Source: Macrostomum lignano
Lineage: Eukaryota
DNA length: 64,000 nucleotides
Assembly (NCBI GenBank): GCA_002269645.1
Contig: NIVC01000386.1
Span: 124,001-188,000 of the forward strand
Direction of reading: 5' to 3'
Part shown: in pieces, positions 32,195 to 43,221 of the stretch
How the letters are laid out: each line of letters opens with the position of its first letter
Position numbering within the stretch: position 1 is the first letter of the stretch
Made by a program: the position numbers and the translations under genes
The notes under the pieces: model-generated
The model's database searches: none
The model's input: the letters and a program-made list of their open reading frames with translations, nothing else
What the model was told of the DNA's origin: nothing

Positions 32195-32893
32195 CTAGGC
32201 CGATGTTTCCTCGTCTTTTTCCGGCGGAGGTTTTTTAAAGTCGTTTTCATCACCTGCCACCTGCTCTTCTCTTGATGGACTTCTGGTAGCAGCGTCCTCG
32301 GCCGCAGCAGCTCGTTTTTCATCCGGCTTCTCCCGGCTTCTGGCAGCAGCGTCCTCGGCCGCAGCAGCTCGTTCTTCATCCGGCTTCTCTGGGCTTCTGG
32401 CAGCAGCGTCCTCGGCCGCAGCAGCTCGTTCTTCATCCGGCTTCTCTGGGCTTCTGGCAGCAGCGTCCTCGGCCGCAGCAGCTCGTTCTTCATCCGGCTT
32501 CTCTGGGCTTCTGGCAGCAGCGTCCTCGGCCGCAGCAGCTCGTTCTTCATCCGGCTTCTCCGGACTTCTGGCAGCAGCGTCTTCAGCGGCAGCTCGTTCT
32601 TCATCCAGAATCCCTGGGCTCTTTTCTGCAGCGTTCTGAACACGAGCTTGGTCTTCCAGCAGCCTTCCATCAGCGTCGTCCCCTGCACTGGCGCGCTCTT
32701 CAGCCAGACCCTTACGAGATTTACCTCCGGTGACAGAGTCTTCTGATCCCTTATGACTTCCGACTTTCACGGGATAATTCCCTCGATTTCTTGGAGCATC
32801 CATTGAAGAGATCGCGTCTTGCGTCTGAGCCGCGGAGGAATAGTACAGCTGGGTTAAAAGTACACCCAGAAACAGCGAGCTGTAGATCTTCAT
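32195..32893 (-). CDS. Secreted acidic Ala/Glu-rich repeat protein (232 aa)
   Basis: MKIYSSLFLGVLLTQLYYSSAA is signal-peptide-like, followed by ~6 copies of a 57-bp/19-aa unit SPEKPDEERAAAAEDAAAR. The ORF track extends further upstream, but the likely start is ATG at 32893. Confidence 0.65.
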   Translation of the reverse strand: MKIYSSLFLGVLLTQLYYSSAAQTQDAISSMDAPRNRGNYPVKVGSHKGSEDSVTGGKSRKGLAEERASAGDDADGRLLEDQARVQNAAEKSPGILDEERAAAEDAAARSPEKPDEERAAAAEDAAARSPEKPDEERAAAAEDAAARSPEKPDEERAAAAEDAAARSPEKPDEERAAAAEDAAARSREKPDEKRAAAAEDAATRSPSREEQVAGDENDFKKPPPEKDEETSA

Positions 32894-34588
32894 CGCTTCA
32901 GCTTGATTTCTGGGAAACAATTGCGTTCTGAATGAAGTCACCCGCTCGCTTACTCGCGACTGAAGCCGAAATAAACTCGTGCGCTCTCTGACCGACTGCT
33001 CGCCTTCGCTGTACAGACTCGAGTCTGCTCTGTCTATGGCCAGCATTGCGTTCGAGAAATTCCTGGCTAATGTTTTGTAAAGTACCGGTAGCTCGTACTT
33101 ATGCGAACGTACTTTTACTGGCCCATTTTTCTGTGATAGTTTAAGAAATCCACAGGACACGTTTGAAGCCAGAGACAAGATTCTTCTGTAACGAAAGCTT
33201 CAGAACAATTTTTCTTGTAAAAACTTGCGTCTAAAAGCTTATGCGTACTACTTACAGTAGCTGGAGAGCGCCATGTTTATAGACAGCTCAGCTTTGTTGA
33301 CTCAGAACTTTCTTCCAGCATTACTGCTAAACATCTGTTCAGCCTAAAAAGTACTCAAACGTAGGAGTGTTGGCGGCAGGTTACCCCTGCTAGAATAGCT
33401 TTGAGCTGCCAAGTCAAATGCAATGGAGAGCTTTCAGAATCAAAGAGTTAAAAGCTGCCGAACAAACGCATCAAATTCGAAAGATCCTGAAGTGTCGCAG
33501 CCTAAAAATTGTTGCTTTTTAAAAAATGAATGAACCCTATAAAGCAACAGAGAAGCTTGAGAAGCTACTGAGAATTTCGGTGGTATAAGAAAGAGTTAAA
33601 AGTGCGAGACTTGAGCCATGCTTGATTGCTTCAATAGGGGCAGCCCTTCGGCTCTAATACCGGTAGATGCTTTCAGTCGGAGGCAAATCCTTGTATAAAT
33701 ATTGATGGAGCAATGCTTGCTGTCATGATTGTATTCAGCTTCCCGGACCAAATATTGTTGAAATCCCTTTTAAAAAAGTCTTGGGCACTTTAAAAGAGCT
33801 ACTTAGGGAGCTACTAACGGTAGTATGAACCGGCCTTAAGTTAAGTCATCAATCGCATATTGTTTTCTAACCCGATTAAGACCTTTACCAACCTTTTGTA
33901 TACAACTCTGCATTGCTTCAGTTCACCCAGCTGTAAAATGGGTGCCAGCATTAGCTGGGGTAATTGAGCATGTGTGTGGCGACCCTCCCCCCAGTCCTTG
34001 GACTGAACAGCTGTACGCAGCCTTCAGATGCTGCGGCTGAGCTGTCGGTTGCATATCTGCTTATTAGCACAGGTTCAATAATAGAATTTAACGCTTTTAC
34101 GAGTATTAAGATACTGGTACTATTTTAGTGACTCAGAATTCAAGAAAAAAATAAATGAGATCTCATCCTGCTGCTTCCAAAAATGCGAACTGACTTAGTT
34201 TTTGTGTATTACACATCGCATGATGCTCTTTCAAAGCAATCCATTTTCCATGCTGCCATCGATTTATTTCTGTTGGGGCTTCACATTCCAAGTCACAGGG
34301 GGGGGGGTGGTCCGAGTTTGCCAGGCAAACAGCACGGAATCTCCATCTGTGTTTGACACAAATAACGACGAAATGAGAGCCTCCTCGCTCGCAGTTTGCC
34401 GAGAAACAACAGAAGGAATCGCTCCTGATAGTCGCAATTGGCTCCTTGAGATGCCTTTTGCGAAAGAATCTCGGGAATGGAAGACAGTTCAGGACTGAAT
34501 CCTGACGGACAGCAGGTGAAGTGCAAACAAAACCCGGTTCAGTATCTATATAACAAACGCTTGATGCAATATACAGTGCAGCTGAAAG

Positions 34589-35688
34589 ATGGCTCCCGAA
34601 TTGACAGGCTGCATCTGTCTGCTGCTGCTGGTTGCCTGCGGCTCTGCCAGCGTCTGTCCGGAGTGCTCTGCGGTGTACGAACTGCTGACCAGCAGCTGCC
34701 CCGCGATTCCGCCTGGCACCGCGGCTGAGGCTTCGCCCAGCGAGCCGGAGTGCGTGCTCCGCTGCACCCTGAGCAGCGAGTGCCGCCTGTCCGTGTACCT
34801 GCGAGACACCAGAGCCTGCTACTCCCTGCCGGCGGTGGCGTCATCAACCACTTTGGATTGCGGCGCCTCCGGGATGGTTGTTCGCCGTAAGAAGATTTTG
34901 CCGTCGGCTGCACTGACAGCCCTGAGCTTCGCAACGCGGATCGTAATGTTCTACGACTTCAGGAAGGGCTTTGAAAACCTGGCCAACCCTGCCATACTGG
35001 TGGCAGAGCCAGTGAATATTCTGCTAAAGAATTCAATTGGCGGAGTTCGTCTGAAAAACTCGACCAGCTCCTATGTGCGAGTGAGCACCCCGGGATTCTA
35101 CCGGTACTTCTTGTACGGACCAAAGTTCAGCATCTTCTTTCAGGGGAAGTTCTCGTCAGACTCTGCGTAAGTCGTTTCCCTGCATTGCTCTATCGAAGAC
35201 TTCTAACAGATTAGAGAGGTATGATTAGGAAAACGAAAATATTTGATTCCAGAGACAAATGCATCAGCACCTTCACCGACATGGGCACTGGGCTCCATGA
35301 CAGCCGCATCCATGCCCGATCCGATGGAGTGCTGGCAGCTGGCGTCCACTTTCTCAACGGCATGACCTACTCCTCGTCCTGGAGGAGCACTAATGCTCTC
35401 ACAGTCGACTCCGTTGAGCGAACGATCACGTTTGGGATAAATTTCGAAGGAAATTCCTTCAGTGCTCAGGCGTATTTGAACGGCACTGTGCTGAGCAGAG
35501 CTGGAAGCGGTGGTGACAGCGACATCACTAAGAAAGAGCTTCTGAACATCCACGACTACCTGCTGCTCGGGCGCTGCACGGATGACTTCATGCAACCGTT
35601 GAATGGCTGGCTGAGGTGCTGGGGCTTCGTCACCGGCAACTTGGGCATCAGCCAGTTTGACCAGCTGAGCAGTCTTTGCAGCTCTTGA
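34589..35688 (+). CDS. Secreted PAN/apple + ConA/LamG-like domain protein (2 exons)
   Basis: Signal peptide; PAN-like Cys core ECVLRCTLSSECRLSVY..ACY..DCG; beta-rich C-terminal part ending AYLNG..LLLGR..PLNGWLRCW. Intron 35167-35252 (GC|GTAAGT..TTCCAG|A, phase 2) joins the two ORFs in frame. Confidence 0.7.
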
Positions 35689-36585
35689 ACTCGATCAACT
35701 CAATGAAAGCTCAGCGACTGACACCGAGAAAAGGAAGGAGAAAGACAAGAACTGCCCTCCCAAACCTTTTTATGGACACGTGCTGACAATCTTTTCGATA
35801 ATTATTGACAACTAGAAATTGACAACAAATTCCTAGAAATTTCAGAAATATACAGAAATCAGAGTTGGCACAAGTACTTTTAGGTTCTTCATATGCATTC
35901 AAATTGCACTTTAGAGAAACGAAGTGCTGCATTCTTGCACAGGAGGTTTCTTTTAATCTTCAACGGTCACCCAACTCAGCTGGGCTGATCTTTTCAAGAG
36001 TGTGAGTTGTCGGGGAAGCGAAGGAGCAATCTCAGCGAAGTGCTCTTTGGTTTGATTGATGCAGTCTTGGTGCCTTAGGCCTCACAATGCTGTGCGTGAA
36101 GATGAGGCGCAGTGGGCAGGGCAGGGTTATGAGCTGTGCGAGTGATCAAAAGTGTCAGGCACATGCGAGCTACTGGCTCCCAATAGTTTTCGAAAGTGCA
36201 CAACAAATAAAACTGCGAAATGAATTTCACTAGAAGCGAAATTCGCTTTAGGTAGTTTGTATTTTATCACAATTTAAAATTGAAAGTGAAAATAATTTTT
36301 TCCTGTCAATAATCAAACCAATGGTAAAAACCTTTTGCTGCAGCACAATTGCTGAAGTAGCCGATTTAAGTGCAAAAAAGTACATTTGGTAAGCGAAATC
36401 GCACAATGGCTCTGAAAATCTGCTTTAATCATTTGATGATGGTATGATCGCCTGAAGTACAGGTATTGTTGGTCAATCATATTTTATGCATGCTTGGATA
36501 AATATATTTGGCTGCTGAGTTCAAGTTTAACCTCATAAATCAATTCAATGAGTTCTCAACGGATAAGAAGCTGTGGAGAAGCAGC

Positions 36586-37542
36586 TCAACTTTCTCGGGG
36601 CTCCGATGAGCCGAAGCTTTTCTTGGCGTGCTCGCTTGTGGCGCCCTCGCTTGTGGCGCCCTCGCTTGTGGCGCCCTCGCTTGTGGCGCCCTCGCTTGTG
36701 GCGCCCTCGCCTGTGGCGCCCTCGCTCACAGCCTCTGAATTGGCCTCACTCTTATTGAGCTTTACTTCAGCCCCAATCGGTGCGTGTGAGGTGTATTCAC
36801 CTTGTTTTTTCCGCATAATCTGCGTCTGTCCAAAGCTGACCTTCCAGTTTCCCCGTTTCTTCTGCAGCAGTGCGAAATTATCGATGGTCCTGCGTCCCGG
36901 TGAGGTGCCGCCATCCACATCTCTGGAGAGTGCCAGCTTAAACTCCAGATTCTCCTTTCCTTCTGCAGGCGTTTTTACGAACTTTTCAACTATTTCACTC
37001 GGCTCCATATTCCAGTCTCCACCGATCATGACGGAGTCGACATCTTGACCATAACTCACTATCGCTTCGTGTAAAATCCCATAGGCTTTCTCCCTATTAC
37101 TCTTGTGTGGCAGATGAACAGAAAAGTACATCAGGGTCATCCCAGTTTCTTTATGCTTTAGCTTGACAGCCAAATAGCGACCTTCTGCTGAGATGAAATA
37201 GTCCCCAGATTCCTTGTCTTTGCCACTTTCCTCAATCTCTTTCACAGCGAGCTGTTCCCAAACTTTTGGGTCAAACGCAGTCAGGATATTTTCTTGCCTC
37301 TTGATGTTATCAACTTCGCAGCTCCAATTTAATTTTCCCACAAATTCCCGACCAGCCTCGATGCTGCTCAACTCAGAGACGGTCAGGATGCTCAGCTGCT
37401 GTTCTGTTTCTTCCTGGACATCCTTCACCAGCTGCTCGAGACCGCTGGCAAGCTTGTCTCCCTGAAGTTTCTCCATGCGATTGGTCGCATCAGCATTGAT
37501 GGCCAAAGCGAAGAAGCTAGCCGAGTCTTTGCTGGCAGCTAT
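36586..37542 (-). CDS. Stand-alone single-domain EEP protein, paralog of 19817-21633; expected start codon reads ATA
   Basis: Same motifs (AINAD, ILTVSE, SVHLP, GGDWN, TIDNF, TSHAP) and an EGATS tail. The same acceptor CTCTCTCTGCAG|AA is followed by ATA instead of ATG. Homologous 5' and 3' flanks. Confidence 0.7.
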   Translation of the reverse strand: MAASKDSASFFALAINADATNRMEKLQGDKLASGLEQLVKDVQEETEQQLSILTVSELSSIEAGREFVGKLNWSCEVDNIKRQENILTAFDPKVWEQLAVKEIEESGKDKESGDYFISAEGRYLAVKLKHKETGMTLMYFSVHLPHKSNREKAYGILHEAIVSYGQDVDSVMIGGDWNMEPSEIVEKFVKTPAEGKENLEFKLALSRDVDGGTSPGRRTIDNFALLQKKRGNWKVSFGQTQIMRKKQGEYTSHAPIGAEVKLNKSEANSEAVSEGATGEGATSEGATSEGATSEGATSEGATSEHAKKSFGSSEPRES

Positions 37543-39114
37543 TTCTGCAGAGAGAGACAGTGCTCACGCTAATACAACACATAGCCCTTAAATGTTTCAC
37601 ATGGCAATGAGCAATGCTTGCACTCAATAAGAATATGGAAAGCTAAAATAGCAAAAAATGAAACTAACCTTAAGATGCAGTTTTAACTTCACTTTGGCTT
37701 CTGTGAATTCTGCTTCAACTCGGATATTTTGGTGCAATGAAATAATAAGTTTTCTCTCAAGTGCGCAGCAGCTGCAACCCCTGCGCTTCATGGCTTTTAA
37801 AAGTTGTATGCAGACAGCACTAGCGAAGTGGCGTACATGCTGGTGTACATTTCTTCTGCGTACATTCTTTAATTCTTTAGATTCGAATCGCTTCAGGTTA
37901 GCAACTGGTGAGTGCTTTTCCTTCTGCACTCGCTACTGCAAAGATTAGAGTACAGGCAGCTTGGTCGACAGTGCGAGCTATTCGTACACGATTACAGGGT
38001 AGCAAGCCCGCGAGTACTTTGCTCTCCTAGACTCTGGCCTGCACAAAAACATAAGTTCCCCCCACAGAACCCGAGTTCGCATGCAATTGTTATTTTTACC
38101 AATGACTGCAATAAACTCCAACTGTGACCCTTCAGCAGCGTACACGGACGGCGAAAGCAGAAAGCAAAGTAAATGTCTACTGATGTCTACTGACATCAAT
38201 CTGATGTCTGATGTCAAAATAAATAGCTTGTGTAACTGAAGGCTTTCTTAGCCGTCTGGTTCGGCAGTTCAAACACGCTGACGATTTCAATGCTTTGCGT
38301 CAGTCAAATCTGGTGTTGTTTTCCAACACCCCTGCATGGATGCTGACGCTCACTGCTGGATTTCAACTGCTCCAGCATCATTTGTGAGGCAGATGCCAAT
38401 AGTTCAAGTGGGGTGAGTGGCAGAAGGATTTACTAACGGGATATGAGTGGCTGACATGTCGCGCTCTATAGTCGATCTTGTATTTACTGTTTGCTATTCC
38501 GGGACGTCCAAGGCTAGTTTAAAAACAGCCGGTTGCTAAGGGCGCGGTTTGGTTGAAACACCTGCTGTGAGCTTATTCGCTGCAGTTCCAAGATTTCTTT
38601 GTCTAACATTTCATTTTGCAGCCAATACTTTGCCATAGGGCTAAAGACTGAGTTTGGATTGATTGACACGCGAGGCTGGCCCTACAAAGTGCTTGAGACC
38701 GAACTGGTAGCAACCCCATCAATCGGCTAGCGAAGGAACTTTTGCTCTGAAATTGACAATTTCGCACCTTGACTGCATTCTATATTTATTCAAACTGGCC
38801 ATGCGTTCCATTGGCTTTAAATTTCGAAGTTTAAACGCAAATTTTACTCTAAGCTGCCCGGATGATCAGCAGTGGAAGCCCGACCCTGCCTGGCATATAG
38901 CCAACGCAACGATTTGTGAAACTGTTGTTTTGTTAATTTTGAACGCAAATAGGCACAAAACTGATTAAAGTGTTTAACGATGGCTCCGTTGTTTGCTGAA
39001 TTTTATAAGAAAAAATTCAAACCCGATGGCCTCATCTGAATGAACTGTGCAGTATACACCCATCCGATCTGTGTGGTCAATTTAGCCATCATACAATGTA
39101 CATTATAATGTACG

Positions 39115-39517
39115 GTTTGCACCTGACTTAGCGTGCACCAGCCAGTGTCTGTAGCCTAAATGTGTTTGTACCTGACTTAGCGTGCACCAACCAGTGTCTG
39201 TAGCCTAAATATGTTTGTACCTGACTTAGCGTGCACCAACCAGTGTCTGTAGCCTAAATATGTTTGTACCTGACTTAGCGTGCACCAACCAGTGTCTGTA
39301 GCCTAAATGTGTTTGTACCTGACTTAGCGTGCACCAGCCAGTGTCTGTAGCCTAAATATGTTTGTACCTGACTTAGCGTGCACCAACCAGTGTCTGTAGC
39401 CTAAATGTGTTTGTACCTGACTTAGCGTGCACCAACAAGTGTCTGTAGCCTAAATGTGTTTGTACCTGACTTAGCGTGCACCAACAAGTGTCTGTAGCCT
39501 AAATGTGTTTGTACCTG
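39115..39517. repeat. 49-bp minisatellite, ~8 copies
   Basis: Unit GTTTGTACCTGACTTAGCGTGCACCAACCAGTGTCTGTAGCCTAAATGT. Confidence 0.96.
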
Positions 39518-40350
39518 GCAGTTAGAGACAGTGAGGGCTGCCTGGGAGAAACTTGCACTTCAACAACGCATTTTAGATGGCAATTTTTCTACGCAAAAGG
39601 AAAGTCTCTCACGCTCATGTTGAATGCAGCTTGAGACAATTAAACTCTGTGGCGCCAACCTGTAGACATTCACTCAAAGCCGTCAAACTCTAAGTTGTTG
39701 CTAAATTTAAGTCCAGCAATTGTTAGCCAGACAGAATTGCAGACTCCGGCAGATGAAGCTAGTTTCACGCATAGTCTCATTATCGGCAAGTTGCCAGGGG
39801 CTGTCCGCTTTGTCTTAAGCAGCAGGAGCCGTTGACAGGGCTCCAACCATCAAGGCATTAAATATTTGCTGAGCTTGGGTTTTTTCGCGTTCTTCGACTC
39901 AAAAAGCATTCAAAGCGGAATTTGCAATTTGCCACGGGTTGGCGGGTCGTGGAGTCTTTGGCCTGAGTATCTGGAGAATACTCATCATTTCGATCCCTGT
40001 TAGCAAAGTGCAGCGGGAACTTTAATTGGCAGGGAAGCTATGGTGCTGGTGCAAACCTTGAGACTACTTGAAATCAGGAATTTCGAAATCAGATTATTCT
40101 GTCCTTGAGTTTCTCTTGGCAGCTTGTAGTGCGGCTTCAATGCACGAATATTGAATTCGATCAGCTTCCAACTCTCTGGTCCAAGCCTGTGATTGGCTCT
40201 CATTTTCTGAGTCTGAATCTTTGTCAAACTGGAGCACTTCTCCAATCCAGGAGCAAGATAGAGAACGCCATGCACGCCATCCCTAGCAACCATTTCTATT
40301 AAAGCAGCTGCATATGAAGGAATCGTATGCGCATTGCGCAGGAGGGAAAG

Positions 40351-42957
40351 ATGGCGAAGCAATTGACTGTCCGTTATGTCTTCTATCTGATGCTTCTCGT
40401 TTGCTGCGGCACTGAAGCTGCCTGCGAACAGTGCTCTGCCGTGTTTGAGCTGCGGACACGCGACTGCCCGACCGCTCCTTTTGCGACTGCTCCTGTTGCG
40501 GCTCAAAGTGAGTCGGAGTGCGTGCTGCGCTGCACTCTCAGCCCCGAGTGCCGGCTGTCCGTGTACCTGACCGACAGTGCTACATGCTACAGCCTGCCGG
40601 CAGCGGCTCTGACAGCCGATGGACAATCGACTGCCTTGACGACGCAATCCATGGAACCACCGACGACGGCTACTACTACAACACCGAGTATTACGACTAC
40701 CACACCGACTACGACAACTAACACACCGAGTACGACGACTACCACACCGACTACTACAACGACACCGACTACTACGACTACCACACCTACAACTACGACG
40801 ACTACACCGACTACAACGACTACCACACCGACTACAACGACTACCACACCGACTACAACGACTACCACACCGACTACTACAACGACTACCACACCGACTA
40901 CTACGACGACGACTACACCGACTACAACGACTACCACACCTACAACTACGACGACTACACCGACTACAACGACTACCACACCGACTACAACGACTACCAC
41001 ACCGACTACTACAACGACGACTACACCGACTACGAAGACGACTACACCGACTACGACGACTACCACACCGACTACTACAACGACACCGTCTACAACGACT
41101 ACCACACCTACAACTACGACGACTACACCGACTACAACGACTACCACACCGACTACTACAACAACACCGACTACTACGACTACCACACCTACAACTACGA
41201 CGACTACACCGACTACAACGACTACCACACCGACTACAACGACTACTACACCGACTACTACGACGACGACTACACCGACTACAACGACTACCACACCGAC
41301 TACTACGACTACCACACCTACAACTACGACGACTACACCGACTACAACGACTACAACACCTACAACTACGACTACCACACCGACTACAACGACTACAACG
41401 ACTACCACACCTACAACTACGACTACCACACCTACAACTACGACGACTACACCGACTACAACGACTACAACACCTACAACTACGACTACCACACCGACTA
41501 CAACGACTACCACACCGACTACAACGACTACCACACCGACTACTACGACGACGACTACACCGACTACAACGACTACTACACCGACTACACCGACTACAAC
41601 GACTACCACACCTACAACTACGACTACCACACCTACAACTACGACTACCACACCGACTACAACGACTACAACACCTACAACTACGACTACCACACCGACT
41701 ACAACGACTACCACACCGACTACAACGACTAAAACACTTACAACTACGACTACCACACCGACTACAACGACTACCACACCGACTACAACGACTACCACAC
41801 CGACTACTACTACCACACCGACTACTACGACGACGACTACACCGACTACAACGACTACCACACCGACTACTCCAACGACACCGACTACTACGACTACTAC
41901 ACCGACTACTACGACTACTACACCGACTACTACGACTACTACACCTACAACTACGACGACTACACCGACTACTACTACGACTACACCGACTACTACGACT
42001 ACTACACCGACTACTACTACGACGACTACACCGACTACAACGACTACCACACCGACTACTACAACAACACCGACTACTACAACAACACCGACTACTACGA
42101 CTACCACACCTACACCTACGACGACTACGCCGACTACAACGACTACCACACCGACTACAACGACTACCACACCGACTACAACGATTACCACACCGACTAC
42201 TACTACCACACCAACTACTACGACGACTACCACACCGACTACTACAACAACACCGACTACTACGACTACCACACCTACAACTACGACGACTACGCCGACT
42301 ACAACGACTACCACACCGACTACAACGACTACCACACCGACTACAACGACTACCACACCGACTACTATGACTACCACACCGACTACTACGACGACGACTG
42401 CACCGACTACTACGACTATCACACCTACAACTACGACTACCACACCGACTACAACGACTACCACACCGACTACTACGACTACCACACCGACTACAACGAC
42501 TACCACACCGACTGCTACTACCACACCAACTACTACGACGACTACCACACCGACTACAACGACTACCACACCGACTACAACGACTACCACACCGACTACT
42601 ACGACTACCACACCGACTACTACAACGACTAACACACCGACTACAACGACTACCACACCGACTACAACGACTACCACACCGACTACAACGACTACCACAC
42701 CGACTACTATGACTACCACACCGACTACAACGACTACCACACCGACTACAACGACTACCACACCGACTACTATGACTACCACACCGACTACTACGACGAC
42801 GACTGCACCGACTACGACGATTACCACACCGACTACCACTGATAAGACTACACTGTTTATGACAGCGCCTTCGTCTCCTATGATGACGTCATTTGTAACT
42901 CATTTGCCTAACAACTGCGGCTCGGGAATGGTTGTCCGCTGGAAGCTGGGCCCCTAG
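40351..42957 (+). CDS. Secreted mucin-like protein: PAN module with a ~750-aa Thr/Pro insert (868 aa)
   Basis: Signal peptide (YVFYLMLLVCCGTEA); PAN core ECVLRCTLSPECRLSVYLTDSATCYSLP as in 34589; PTTTTTT repeats with varied codons; ends NCGSGMVVRWKLGP. Confidence 0.8.
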   Translation: MAKQLTVRYVFYLMLLVCCGTEAACEQCSAVFELRTRDCPTAPFATAPVAAQSESECVLRCTLSPECRLSVYLTDSATCYSLPAAALTADGQSTALTTQSMEPPTTATTTTPSITTTTPTTTTNTPSTTTTTPTTTTTPTTTTTTPTTTTTTPTTTTTTPTTTTTTPTTTTTTPTTTTTTTPTTTTTTTPTTTTTTPTTTTTTPTTTTTTPTTTTTTPTTTTTTTPTTKTTTPTTTTTTPTTTTTPSTTTTTPTTTTTTPTTTTTTPTTTTTPTTTTTTPTTTTTTPTTTTTTPTTTTTTPTTTTTTTPTTTTTTPTTTTTTPTTTTTTPTTTTTTPTTTTTTPTTTTTTTTTPTTTTTTPTTTTTTPTTTTTTPTTTTTTPTTTTTTPTTTTTTPTTTTTTTPTTTTTTPTTPTTTTTTPTTTTTTPTTTTTTPTTTTTTPTTTTTTPTTTTTTPTTTTKTLTTTTTTPTTTTTTPTTTTTTPTTTTTPTTTTTTTPTTTTTTPTTPTTPTTTTTTPTTTTTTPTTTTTTPTTTTTTPTTTTTTPTTTTTTPTTTTTTTPTTTTTTPTTTTTPTTTTTPTTTTTTPTPTTTTPTTTTTTPTTTTTTPTTTITTPTTTTTPTTTTTTTPTTTTTPTTTTTTPTTTTTTPTTTTTTPTTTTTTPTTTTTTPTTMTTTPTTTTTTAPTTTTITPTTTTTTPTTTTTTPTTTTTTPTTTTTTPTATTTPTTTTTTTPTTTTTTPTTTTTTPTTTTTTPTTTTTNTPTTTTTTPTTTTTTPTTTTTTPTTMTTTPTTTTTTPTTTTTTPTTMTTTPTTTTTTAPTTTITTPTTTDKTTLFMTAPSSPMMTSFVTHLPNNCGSGMVVRWKLGP

Positions 42958-43221
42958 TGAGCAAGGCAATTTTCTGCAGCCAGGACTCGATGACGAATCA
43001 AGCGGCTGAATGGCTTGATGGGAAACTGCAAAAGTGATTCATTTTGTTTTAATCTTGATACAATACGCTCGTAATATATTTATTCTGATGAAAAACTTCT
43101 CACAAGTAGTATATCCCTAATTTTCTAATGCTCTTACAGAAGATGATAAAAATATACACTTTTAATTGTCGGCTTTACGGTTTTTCCCGACTCGTTAACT
43201 GCACGCGAATGAAATCATAAG

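Noticed and set aside
33905-33960. CAGTTCACCCAGCTGTAAAATGGGT resembling a conserved SINE central domain
   Set aside because: No head or tail could be found, and I cannot assign the family reliably from memory.
40000-40330. Minus-strand ORF vaguely like a LINE AP endonuclease
   Set aside because: The key GDFN and SDH motifs are absent; the resemblance is too weak.
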